Shown here in pieces: positions 1 through 11,898 of a DNA stretch of 64,000 bases (its first letter is position 1; each line of letters opens with the position of its first letter). The stretch spans positions 56,172,001-56,236,000 of the forward strand of contig CM060732.1 in NCBI GenBank assembly GCA_030704615.1. The letters are read 5' to 3'. The notes beneath the pieces were generated by a model. It made no database searches. It was given only the letters and a program-made list of their open reading frames with translations, and was not told the DNA's origin. The position numbers and the translations under genes were made by a program. This DNA is from Takakia lepidozioides (Eukaryota; Plantae; Bryophyta).

Positions 1-233
1 TCTCATGCCAAGGGTAAGTATGCCCTTCAGACCTTAAGGTCCTCACCACGTCAGAAACTGGAAACAAGTTCACGGAGGTTTTATGCCTAACTTCGTTTCT
101 GAGTGATGAGTCGTCCCGTTTTCCATTTTCGAGTTCTGTTCTAGGCAAAAGTTCTGAACAAAATAACAGGATCAAGCAATTATTGAATGTTGCTACAAAG
201 AACTTAGCCACATACAAGAGGAGAGAGAGAGAG

Positions 234-620
234 AATGTACTCATAAGACGTTGGCCGTAGCCTTGTGGCCATTGACCCTGCGCCCAGTTTGAACGGAACA
301 CAAAGGGACAGAAACTACCTTTGTCAGGGGCTGACGCTGGTAGAATGACTTACCTTGGAACAGACTTGATCCGAGGTTTCACTAGAAACCCCTTCACACA
401 AGCATCAATCTGCTGTGTGTGATTTGCCCAATGACTAGGCCCCAAAAGGGCCTGGGCTTTGGCTCAGCCTGAAGAGAGAGAATGTACTCATAAGACGTTG
501 TTTGCCGTAGCCTTGTGGCCATTGACCCCACGTCCAGTTTGAACAGGACATAAAGGGACAGAACCTACCTCAGTCAGGGGCTGAGAGGTAGTAAGACTTA
601 CCTTCATAAAGGACATTGAT
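234..620 (-). mobile_element. Two nested/adjacent 3'-terminal fragments of LINE family A
   Basis: Reverse complement of the A 3' end (aatgtactcataagacgtt...gccgtagccttgtggccattgaccc) occurs at ~234 and ~481. Each abuts a (GA)n tract. tggctcagcctg.agagagaga is duplicated around the second copy (~460 and ~621). Confidence 0.85.
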
Positions 621-980
621 TGGCTCAGCCTGGAGAGAGAGAGAGAGAGAGAGATCCTCAAGCCTCTCAGTTTCAGGTTTCCTAATTCTGCCTATATTGA
701 CCAGATCATGTAGAAGGTGTACATATACTCCAGTATAGTGCGCACAAGGTATCATGGATTATTTCACCATCAATTGTCATGATCGTTCACTAGGAACCTT
801 CATGGACGTACCATTCTCCTTGCCTTACCAGCAGACATGTACGGGCAGCTCAGAAAGCAATTTCTCAACACCACGACAGGACTAAGTAATCCAAGAGTGG
901 AGTTAGCCATATTCAAGAGAGCCAGAGGAGTCGGGCAACTCTTGAGTGCTGTTACAAAGAACTTAGCCACAGTCAAGGAA

Positions 981-1004
981 AGAGAGAGAGAGAGAGAGAG
1001 AGAG
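981..1004. repeat. (GA)n microsatellite (others at ~221-233 and ~633-654)
   Basis: Seen directly in sequence. Confidence 0.9.
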
Positions 1005-1165
1005 CAAGCTGCACCATAATTGAGTTTACTTGGCACTTCAAAAATCGGGAATGCTCCAAGAAAACTCCGGCAATCAACTTCACACAAGAATAGCACCAGC
1101 ACACTTACAGTGGGATACAATTAAGAACATGATTTCGGGTCTGGCAGGAAGGAGAGAACACATAC

Positions 1166-1613
1166 TCGTGACCCGATCGAACACATCTGCTGCTGATTCA
1201 CCCTCAGGAAAGCGGTAGAAAAACCGACCAAATCGGCTCCTAATATCTTTCACAATCTTCATGGTCTCCGTCTCCTGGAAATTCCCGAAGTCCTGCTCCC
1301 GAATGCGCGGCTCCTCTCGCACCCCAAGAATCCGCGGCTTCTCAAATGCTCGTCCTATTCCCTTCAATGTGCATAAGGTCCGCCTGTAGGGCGACACGTA
1401 GAAATAGACACGCCAATCATCCTTCGCAGTTTTCTCAATCATGCTTCGAATGTCTTGTCCACAGACCTGTGCCTGCCTCAATCCCTCCTCTGTGAGACAG
1501 ATCTTCGAATCAGCAATGCGGCAGTACTTGCTTGAATCCACGTTGCCCTCGCTCTCCCCATGCCGGATGAGGATTATGCGTGTGGGCCTCTTTGCTTTCC
1601 CGTCGTCTGCCAT
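1166..1613 (-). CDS. Histidine phosphatase / phosphoglycerate mutase-like protein (At3g05170-like), first coding exon; the remaining exons were not located and probably lie left of the window
   Basis: ORF 1080..1613 has the RIILIRHGESEGN catalytic motif, FYVSPYRRT, REEPRIREQDFGNFQ and RFFYRFPEGESAADVFDRV. A GT donor (gtatgt) follows ...DRVT at 1165. Confidence 0.9.
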
Positions 1614-3001
1614 TCACAACTACCACTAGTCGAGAGACCTACTTTCTTTTCCAACTGCCTCCGCTTCACTGCCTTCCAGACGATGTGCTTGATGTATATG
1701 TAGAAAAACTCTGATTGTCTGATTCACTTGTTGCAAATGTGGATATGATTGGAGCCCCAGCGAAAGCAATCCTATCCCCTGACTTTGTCTCGCATCTACT
1801 GAACGACTGTCACGTCCCTTCTATTCCAGACTGCTGCTACCTAATCGACTTCTAACCTCCCTACTCCTCAGAAGAATTAGAGCCATGTTACTAATCCACT
1901 TTGAGGGCGGATCTCTCTCCCTCCGAGGTCAACCATAACCTAATCTCCCATACAGCTTTCTGGAGGCCTGTGCCGCTCCCTCGTTCTGGTCACAGCTCTG
2001 GTAATATTAAACAAGCACAGATGACTCATTGTCGTCACCTCCTCCATGGTAGATAAGGAAAATCAAGCGGAATCGAAGCCCTGATGTCCATATTGCAAAC
2101 TGTTGACCTCGCAGATGAAGCAGGTCCCTTCCTTCCAAAAAAATAAAGATAACGGGATCACAATTGTGGTTCAACGATCTTCTACAGAAGAAGATCCGAC
2201 ACCTCAATAATTTGATAAATGCAAGATTACATAATCAATCCAGGGAAGGAGCGGATAAGAGAAGTGCTCTCCTCATTCTCAGGCTAAGAAGAACAGAGTT
2301 AGATCACATTCGCAAGCATCAAGCACCAGCAGTTCAGGCTACGGAGCGAGAGAAGTATACACACAAATTGCAGCCTTCTAGGTGTTCAAACAGAAGTTGC
2401 CGAGACCTTCAAGGAACCAGCATGTCATCAAGGCGGGAAACACAAGACACGAATTTGTGCATGAGTCTCATCAGTGCCAAAGACCGACTCTGAACAGGGA
2501 TTTGCGCAACAACTACACATGTAGTGCGACTAAAGTGTCCCCACATGAGATCTAAATGTACTTAATGTGATTCCAGATTCCACAGCCCGAGGCCAGTCAA
2601 ACACCTTCAAACTTTTACTCGTGCCAAAATTCTCTAACTTAGCGCCTCTACATCTGTGCATCAAAAGGCTCAGATTGTCGCGTAATTGATGGATCTCCAG
2701 ACCAAGCAGAGGGCCCCAGAAAGCGATGGCGTCATCTCCTTCCCTTCCACTCTTGTTTCTCTCCGTCGTCCTTCCGTTTACTCGTTCCATTTGAATTTGC
2801 TTTAGCGGTTTTAGAGATTCGTTAAGTTAGTCACTAATCAACTCACTAAGCTTGTTGTAATAAGTATCGTTTCAAGAGGAAACAAATGTACTGTATACCT
2901 TTTAAATCATGCCATTTACGTCCTTTCTCATTTCCATTTTCTCTTTTTTATTAAAAAACAAAAAAGGGAGGAAGCTTTGTGGAGCAATATTTCCGCTTAC
3001 C

Positions 3002-3043
3002 TATTCCCCTTTCCTCTACAAGTTTAATCTTAAAACGTGGGAA
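3002..3043 (+). repeat. 42-bp direct repeat, copy 1 (copy 2 at 11857-11898)
   Basis: tattcccctttcctctac-aag-tttaatcttaaaacgtgggaa vs tattcccctttcctctac-cgc-tttaatcttaaaacgtgggaa (39/42). Confidence 0.85.
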
Positions 3044-4019
3044 CCGACATTCTGTCTCCGCATGACAGCGACACACAATCCGCTCATAGCTCCGATTCTA
3101 TTATCGCAAAAATACACGAAAGACCAGCTGTCCTCAAAACATCAGCCATGACCATGTTCATCTCTCCCTCTCTTGCTCATTGCAACAGCTCCTCTACTCT
3201 TTCCAAAAAGATAGATTTTCTTCATGCTGCGTTTCTTATGTATCCTGCAACGCTCCCGCCTTCCTACATGAATGCCCGCCCTAGATTGAGCAGAGCCGCC
3301 CCTCATCCTTAATTCCTCCATCTCCCCCACTAAGAGCATCCCCACCGGGGTCCCTAAATGCCACGGCAACGGTAAAAGAGCCCCCGGCCTTGGAATCCGC
3401 ACCCCCGGCCCGTACTTTGGTGCAGGACACGGGCCCTCGTCAGCCCAGCCGGTACCTGTTGGAGAGACTAAAAAGCCACTGCGTGCATTTATGTGGTAGG
3501 GTTGCCAGTGGGGGAGGGGAGTGTTGGGTCCTTTACCGTTGCAGTGTTGTTTAGTGTATCCCCAGTGGGAGATGCTCTAACATGCCATAGTACAACAATT
3601 GGTGCAGCTAGACTTCTATGGTATAGAGAAACCGTCAACTATAAAGATGTGCCGAAATGTAAGGGAGACAATTCTTCACAGACAGCCTTGTGAAGGCCTT
3701 GTGCAATCAAAACTTGTCAGTTCTTCGCTCGATACTTCTTTAGCATGTAGCAGTACTGCTGCTACTCTACCCACGGGCCTTGTGCTTCCCGCCACCTTGA
3801 CGTCATAACGATAACGGATGTACAATTACCCAAAAATCATCCGTCAATGAAATTCATCTAGTGACAAAGTTCATCCGTCAAAAATTCAAAACAAAAGACA
3901 AATGCGTGGCCCATGTTTTAGCACCAGAGGCCCTCCCCATTGTGTAACCACATGACGTTGTTCATGATGTCTATGCTGGCCTCTGCACCCTTCATCCAAT
4001 CAAGACCAAGCAACATCTG

Positions 4020-4500
4020 GTCTCCCATGGTGACAATACACGTTAGCATTACACTCTTGCTAGTAGTTGGGAGGCTGCGAAAATACGTGCCACTGGAGAA
4101 GGGGTGTGGCCAGCAGCGATGAATGAACAAACTTGAAATAGTTGGGAGAAGCCACTAGCAGAGTCTTATGAAGAAAAGCAGTCGCGCAAATGTTCTTATA
4201 TCGTACCAGATGGTCTTGGTGTGGAAAGATGCGGATTGTGGATAAAGACATTGGTGAACAGAGAGAGATCTGATCCAGCTCAAAGTCATCGACAAAAGCT
4301 GGAAGGATACTGTCTGGCTCAGAATGGAGAGCCTGCAGGGCGGCAATAGTGTCCATAGAAGGTGGGGCAGGGGCAAATGGTGAGAGAGCGCGAGCTACAC
4401 GGGAATACTCGTCTACCCGTCCCAACATGAGGCCGTGCCGAAGCCGTCTGTGAGCAGAAGAGCCTAATTGTGAGGAAGTGTTTAGCATGAGCACGTGCTG
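4020..4500 (-). pseudogene. Degenerate fragment resembling the pre-RT region of CRE/SLACS-like non-LTR retrotransposons
   Basis: ORF 4060..4494 contains GRVDEYSRVARALSPFAPAPPSMDTIAALQALHSEP, reminiscent of the G..SRA...L....A......L..LHP segment of this clade. It is frameshifted, and the call rests on recognition only. Confidence 0.4.
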
Positions 4501-4719
4501 CCAAGGCTATCTGCGACGCCAGAGGCGTCGAAGATTTGTGGCCTGGAAATATGCGATTAGCGGTGCCCGGGGCGTCGTTGGGGCGTCGCTTACCCCCCCC
4601 GAACGGTGTAGTGGGAACATGAACGACAATGCCGCTTCCCTGGCACCCGCACAGAACTAGAGTTGCAGCAGAGAGCCATTCAACAATTGTCTACGAAAGA
4701 GCTGGAAAGGCAGGCCACC

Positions 4720-6243
4720 CCCAGTAAGCGGAAGAATGAGAAGAAAGGGAAACAGGCTTCGTAGGCTACTGGGTCAGGTCCTACTGGTAGCTCTAATCCT
4801 GCTGTTGGGGCTGCTCCTGATGCTCGTCCTCAAACGGTGGATGCGGAGGGCGAGCATACCCCACTTCAAGGCAATCAAAGGAGGTCCCATAAATAAAAGG
4901 AACGCCCTTACGATGCTCGGCCATGCGTCTCCAAGGTGGTTGGTCCACACTTCCAGAGGAAAACAATTTGTGAAGAGCTTCCTCAGTATGATGGAGTCAC
5001 GGAAGTCCACCTTCATAGGAGTGAAGTCTCCTACATGGGACTATCTGTGCTCATTTCTGACACTGGTAACACCCACACCTCTTTCACAAACCTGTTTTCT
5101 TCAAGCATGTTTTTGGATTTCACCTTATTTTTTAGCTTGTGAATGTGCCACATTAAGCTGGCGCCAACACCAGCTTAATCTGGCCGCCCTTCTGGTTTGT
5201 TGATTGGGGTGAAGGGCTTTTGCAAAACGTCTCTGATTTGTTTGTTTGTCCTTCTTCCAGGTGACCAAATTTCTATGCTGGGTGAACGGTGTGGAGCAGG
5301 CCTACGCCACTGATCTTGTGATCCGTGACATTCCGGATGGGCTACCTATGCTCGATATTATTCCCACAGATGTCACTTCAAAGTGGAATGCTCATGACCC
5401 TCGATATTGGCAGTGGGCATTCTCTTTATGCAACAAGTTCCTATCTGACGCAGACGCTCTTTTGATTTTTCAATCTGAGGACATGGCATCCCGACGGGTT
5501 CTTCATAGCTACATGAAGTCTTCGGGGTTCCAAATCATGAAGATTTGGACTTGTATAAATTTACCCTACCTTTAATGTTCCCAGGGCAGAAGGTACTCTC
5601 TGTGACCTTCATTGTCTTTTGTCATATGTTCTATCATGCCATTGCTCAAACTGTTTCTTTTGGTACTTGTGCAGACCCAGGTGTTCAAGGCCCTGTGCCT
5701 TACTCGAGTGCGGCCTGAGACCACTCCATCCCGTGTTGGGCGTTTCGACATTTGGGGCCAAATCGACCAAGATTGTGACCCAGTGGAATCGGACGTCATC
5801 CACAACTATGTGGATTTGTCATAAACTTTGAAAACGGCTGGTGGCATTCCATGGAGAGGTGCCCGGGAGCGCTTGCTTTCATGCAGACTTTGATTGAGAC
5901 ATGCAGCATGCATGGTGGCAAGGTAGTTGACCTCTCCATGGATACAGGTTCGTAGCCAAGCACTTTTCATGTTTCTTGATTGCACTTGTTCTCCTTCTCA
6001 TTTGGCATCGCAATTGATTTTGTGGATGCATTTTTTCTCTCCTGCAGGGGCTTCTTTCCATGCCTGCAAGTATGCAGGAAGACATTTTTTTGGGATGGAG
6101 GGGGACGAACATTTTTCTGTCGGGTCATCGTTCCACTGTCTGAAGGGTCCTCGCATTCGACCCAGACTGACAAGATTGTGCTTGAGCTAGATCTGCAAGA
6201 GCCGGATGCTCTGGAGGTGGATTCCGATTTCTCATGTGAGTAA
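4720..6243 (+). pseudogene. Intron-containing beta-class DNA amino-methyltransferase (N4-cytosine/N6-adenine MTase-like), disabled
   Basis: Inferred exons ~4720-5065, 5261-5592, 5675-5947 and 6048-6243 with GT-AG introns. The spliced translation gives DLVIRDIPDG (motif IV position, 5327), FSLCNKFLSDADALLIF, PWRGARE, and LIETCSMHGGKVVDLSMDT^GASFHACKYAGRHFFGMEGD (motif X/I, SAM binding, joined across intron 5948-6047). It carries in-frame stops and frameshifts. Confidence 0.7.
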
Positions 6244-6699
6244 GTGGATGTTCTGTTGTGCTATGTCATTAATACGACGTCGCATCCTTCTGTGTTCGTT
6301 TTTTGTGCATTATTGTGGCCTCCAAAAGGCACTCAATTTTCTATGTGACGTTAAACCATTGGGATGTGTTTGCAGGAGTACAAGGACGCCACGGTTTCTC
6401 CCTTTCTTTGCTAACCCAAACTTTTTTCCAAGTCCTCCCTCCGATTTTCAATTGCCAATTTATGCGGAGGCAACAGCGATGGAATTTAGTCTCCTCTCAT
6501 CTCCCCCTCCTATGCTTTATGACAGAGGTGGTTATGTGCAGAGCAAGGCTACTGTCTTCATAGACAGTTCTGCTTCCGTTTTGGACACAAAATCATGTAG
6601 CAGTGGAAGTGCTTTTTCGGAATGACTCATTTGTTTTGAAACAATCGTTTATAAAGCACCAGTTTTCCTCTCTTGCTTGTTTGAAATTGGGTCTGTCTC

Positions 6700-7235
6700 A
6701 ACTCTCTTCCAGTTTCATTTCAATTCATAGTGTGAGAGCATTCCGGATGCACATCAAGTGCTTGAGAAAATGTCAAAACGACGTGTGGTCCCGTAGACCG
6801 CAATGACCTCCGGTTGTGCTCTGCATGGGCACGGCGAAGAGGCTTACAAAATGTATAAGAAATAGGTCACAGAAAGGGGTGCCACCGAACATTGTCACTT
6901 TCATTAGCGGAGTTCATGTGTCACCTTGAATAAATGGGAAACGGCAAGCAAATCCATGCTCACCTTTTCAAAGCAAGAATTGCATCATGCGTTGCTTTGG
7001 GGAACAACCTTCTTGACACATATGCCAAGTGCGGGAGCCTGTGGGATGCAGGAAAAGTTTCTGACAAAATGCTCAAAGGAGATGTGGTCTCGTGGGACGT
7101 GATGGTAGCAAGAAATTCTCTTCATGGACTCGATACGACACCAAGGGTGCAATGTGGGGTTAGCACAACGTTGTGCATAAGGCCTTGTAGAAAGGGATCC
7201 ACATGATGCTGGAGCTTACGTGCTACTGTCTCAAG
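6700..7235 (+). pseudogene. PLS-class pentatricopeptide-repeat gene fragment
   Basis: GKQIHAHLFKARI...LGNNLLDTYAKCGSLWDAGKVSDKM..DVVSW (L/S motifs), followed by an E-domain-like PHDAGAYVLLS at ~7197-7232. Frameshifted and internally deleted. Confidence 0.8.
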
Positions 7236-8096
7236 TGATGATTCCTACTCAACACATCAGTTTTTCTGCCCGCAAAAGCCTCGTGTCACCATAGTTAGAA
7301 AAGCTGGTGTGCCGAGGAGGAATCCTCACCACACATTGGTGCAACCAAAACTGGTTTGCCATTCACTGACGTGCGAGAAGCACGCCCGCGCATGCCTATC
7401 ATATTTCTCGTTGTTTTTTGAATCCTTCTCCAGTCTTCCCCATGTCTGGAGTCTTCATGGGTCCTTCTTCCGTTGGTTGTATTGGAGTCATGGAGTCCAA
7501 GTGATGGAGTCAGGTAGTCGAGAGTGCGTCACAGTAGTTATGTCCATGACTTGATGACCGCGGACGATGCACATGGTAAGTACGTGGCGTTTTTACGTTG
7601 GTTGTGCTGGAGACATATAGTTGTGGTCAGGAAGTTATGCAATTGGGAGTGCCTCTGAGGAGTAGTCAGGGCCATGACTACATGATGGCGGTTCATTGCC
7701 ATGTATCGAGCCTTCTTTGATTGTGGGCTTTTGGCACATTGTTGCCATGTGTCATGCCTTAAACGCATTGCCCACTTGGACATATTTAATGAGAGCTTTC
7801 ACTTTGTCGGTATTTGTGTGTGTGTGTGAATATCTAAATCTGTCACTATTCTTTGTATTTAAGCAGCACAAGCTGCTTCGAACTATAGTCTCTGGCTTCA
7901 CAATGTAGTCTTCAGCTTCGCAAGTATGGGGGACACTTGTTGCAACGACCTGTAGTGAACTTGTGTAATTGTTCAAAGTGCTTGCTTACAATGGATGGTT
8001 TAAATGAAATGACGTTGCCCAGGAGTTTTAAAAGAAGTGTCTTTTTGCAAACCAATTTGTGATGCGATTTGAATTGGCAGGACTACATTACATCTG

Positions 8097-11000
8097 ATGA
8101 TGAAGTGGAGGCTAAAACCAGTGTACAAAATGTTGCAAAACGTTGACCAATTGGAGGGAGAAGCGGGAAATGGGCTACAGACCCAAATTGCCCGTATTGT
8201 GCAGGATGCTTTTGAAATATTAGATACCCTCAAACAAAATCCCACACCAGTCCCAAATGGCCCTCACTTGGAGAACGACGATGATATTGCGAATGGCGGA
8301 AATCCCTGTGGAGTGCATGATGGCGTAAATTTTCATACAGAGGAAGCAGGCGCGCCAAATGGTCTTCACCATGAACAACTCATGCGAGAGTCTCAAATCC
8401 CCTTATACGATGGGCGCGGTCACAGCCGATTGACAGGCACACTGATGTTGATCAATTCGTGCGCCACTCATAGATGTTCCCACGCATTTGTGGATGAGTT
8501 GTTGTCATTGCTGACGCTGGAGATTTTGCCCAAACCGAACAGCTTGCCCAAATCGCATTACGAGGCCAAAAACATGATCGCCATGATGGGCCTAGGATAC
8601 AAACTGTGTGTTGTTTTGTGGAGAGCTCGAAAAGGCAGCAATTTGCCCCCAAGTGCCAGAGTCCCCACTACAAAGGCGGGCGTGGGAAGCCAAGAAGGTG
8701 CTGTGACACTTTCCTCTTATACCTAGATTGAAACGGATGTTCCGAGCCAAGTTGCTCGCAGAGCTTATGAAGTGGCACAACAATCACAGAAGTGCAGATG
8801 GCATGGTCCGACATGTTGCAGACAGCAAGGCTTGGTGCCATATTGACAACACATGGCCGGAGTTTGCATCAGACCCACGGAATTTGCATCTTGGATTGGT
8901 GCTGGATGGGGTGAATCCTTATGGCACCAAATCCCAATCTTGGTCCACATGGCCCATCATGGTGCTCAATTATAATCTACCTCCATGGTTGGTAGCGAAG
9001 AAATTTTTTGTCATGTTAACACTACTGATTCTTGGAAAGGAATCTGTGACTAGGGAGAATCTGGATGTTTACCTGCAACCACTCGTGGAGGAGCTAGCAA
9101 CATTGTGGGTGGGAGTTCCAGCCTTCGATGTGGCAGCCAATGAAGGACACCGTGCATTTACTATGCAGGCAGTCTCATTTAAGTCGATACATGACTTCCC
9201 CGCCTATTGCTTGCTATCAGGTCAGGTTCACCAAGGGTACGTTGTTTGTCCAGCATGTGGACCTTCTGTGGATTCGAGATATTCCGCAGCTTGCAAAAAA
9301 CTGATATTCTAGGGGCATCGACAGTATCTTCCCCAAAATCATGCCTATAGAAGATCCGGAGCGAGACATGAGACCTGCTCCACAAACAGTGACAACCACG
9401 GAAATCAAGGACCGTGCACGACATTACAAATAATGGATTGATGATGGTGGGACTGTAGGTGCAGAGGACGATCCCTCCAAGCTCCATGGCGTACAACGAC
9501 TGTCCATTCTGTTCAACTTGCCTTATTGGGAGTTGGGAATATCACACCTGTGTTCTGGGGGGTGTTCCTGCATTGATTTTCTTTGTGCGTAATAGTCCAT
9601 ATTTGCATCACTTGTAGTGTTAACAACATTCATGCAATTTACTGAATTTGTGACACCGCATGGTGCAACGGCTTCTCATCCGCCACACTATGGATACCAT
9701 GCATTGCGAAAAAAACGTGACGGAGAACATAATGATGAGTATCTTCGGAGAAAATGACACCATGAAAGTTCGGCGTGATCTGGAATTGCAGGGCATTTGC
9801 AGGCCTCTGTGGTTACAATGCCATCCCACCAGAGTCGATACATTGGTAATGCCTGATGCGCCATATGTGCTCACAAAGCCAGAACAGCGGGTGTTCCTGG
9901 ACATTATCACCAATTTGAAAGTGCCCACTGGCTATGCCTCTGCTTTCAAAAAGCATGTGGTCAAACAGAAGCTGAGCCAATTGAAGCCACATGATTATCA
10001 TGTGCTCATGCAGCAGATTCTCCCTCTTGTGCTACGAGGGTTAATGGCACCAGGGGTCCGCAATGCCATACTAAGAGTGTCTCGTGTATTTCGCAATCTC
10101 TGTGCAAAATCGATTGATCCAACCGAGCATGAGGAATTGAAGAAGGAGATGGCACCGACTCTTTGTGTTCGGGAGAAAGAGTTTCCACCCTCCTTTTTTG
10201 ATGTTATGACGCATTTACTCATCCACTTGGTTGATGAGCTAGATTTGTGTGGGCCTGTAGCTTCTCGGTGGATGTACCCAGTGGAGAGAGCAATGAAGGA
10301 TTTTAAAGGGTATGTGCGAAACCTGGCAAAGCCCGAGGGTAGTATGGCGGAGGGCTACGTGTTTGACGAGGCATTGGGATTTTGTACGGAGTACTTGTCT
10401 TCTATTGATGCTACTAGGCGGAGAGTGTGGGATGCAGGAGAGGAGGAATCAGTTTTGGGTTGGGTGTTGGAAGGTGCTGGCAAAGCACGGAGGTTGACTG
10501 CAGAATTGTTGCACCTTGTCCATGACTACGTCATTCACAACCATCCTAGTTTGAGCAGCATGCTGGAGTAAGTGCCCCCCCCCCCCCCGGTGGATGCCTA
10601 AAGTTCTGGACCATATGGGTGTGCACGTGTATGCTTTGTATTCATGGGGATGTTGTTGTTCCTCCATTTGCTGCTGGTGTTGAAGTCACACAATGATGTG
10701 GTGGTGCGTGCTTGGCAGGTCATACGAGTTGGAGAAATCCCGTGTGGACGCTGCAAATGCTGCTAATCCGAACATGATCCATGCTCTCCCCCACTTTGCA
10801 GAATGGCTATTAACGGCTATGCACATGCATGTGTCGAGTGATGCCAACCACGCATCTGATTCAGTCAACCAGGAATTGTTGGACATGTCGAAGCCCCCAT
10901 CATTCACCGCAACATCATACAAGAGCATGTCGGCTTATGGAAACCACTTCAGGGTTACTTCAGATTTCATGAATTGTCCCTTTATGACATATGACTCAGG

Positions 11001-11240
11001 TGTGTTAACTATTTTCCAGCATGAATCTACTGGCATTTCAGGTGAACAGGTGGTGGAAAGCGTACGTTATGTTGGCGTCAGAAAGGAGATTCTAGAACTG
11101 GATTATGGCCCTACACACACCACGGTGCTTTTGTGTTCATGGGTACGTGCACGACGTGTGGGTTCCCAGCCTGTGTCAATGACTGTGGCTTCACGTTGGT
11201 GAATTTCTCCCACTTGTCGCCTCCACTTGAACAGCCCCCA
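8097..11240 (+). mobile_element. CACTA (En/Spm) transposon Tnp2/TnpD-type transposase, decayed
   Basis: Transposase_21-type motifs (WPEFASDPRNLHLGLVLDGVNPYG..SWSTWPI...YNLPPW; DFPAY; DTMHCEKNV), DUF4218-type FFDVMTHLLIHLV...GPVASRWMYPVER, and DUF4216-type EILELDYG...LLCSWV. Frameshifts and likely introns (~9531-9660, 10569-10718). Confidence 0.92.
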
Positions 11241-11856
11241 GTTGAGTGTTTTTCCCCCTTGTTCCTTGGCCCTTCCGAGCGGGATTTGGAGAGCTATCTC
11301 CTTGGCGTGCAGCTTCAGCGCAAACGCGCCGTCTGCAGCGACTCGTGAATCCTACGCCCTTGCTCACGTCGCTGCGCCAGCTTGGAAGAAGACTTCTTTG
11401 GCAGTCTCCTTCCGGGTAGTATCTTCAAACTGTTGCGCGTGTCCAACGGCAGCTCAGGGCGCGGGAGTGGTTCGCCCTCAGGATAATCCACAAAGACACA
11501 CTGCTCAGGCTTTAGCTTGCGGGTGAGCTGAATGTATGTATACTGCCTCCAAGTCTCGCGGCTGGCTGGTAAGTGGAAACTCAAACTTCTCAGGTGCAAA
11601 CAAATCTTGCTCAGAATTGGACGCCATGACTCAAAGATGCAAAGCTCACAAATCGCAGGAAAGCTCAGACACACAGCTTCCGTTCCCTAAACACTGTATG
11701 CAGGAAGAGCCGCCATTTTGCTATAGTCTGTCTTCCCAATCATTCCCCTCTCCTGTGCAGAATCCACTGTTTCTCAGGTGTATCGTACGACAAAACATTC
11801 TTTGCTAATAGTTTTAGGTATCCCGCATCTCCACCAATATTCCGGCGCCAGTGGCT

Positions 11857-11898
11857 TATTCCCCTTTCCTCTACCGCTTTAATCTTAAAACGTGGGAA
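11857..11898 (+). repeat. 42-bp direct repeat, copy 2
   Basis: Matches 3002-3043. Confidence 0.85.

Noticed and set aside
1026-1075. Second exon of the phosphoglycerate-mutase-like gene
   Set aside because: The translation does not continue with the expected FLESLWRD-type sequence.
4736-5203. Membrane-protein ORF MRRKGNRLRRLLGQVLLVALILLL
   Set aside because: Likely a shadow frame of the low-complexity first exon of the MTase-like pseudogene; there is no independent support.
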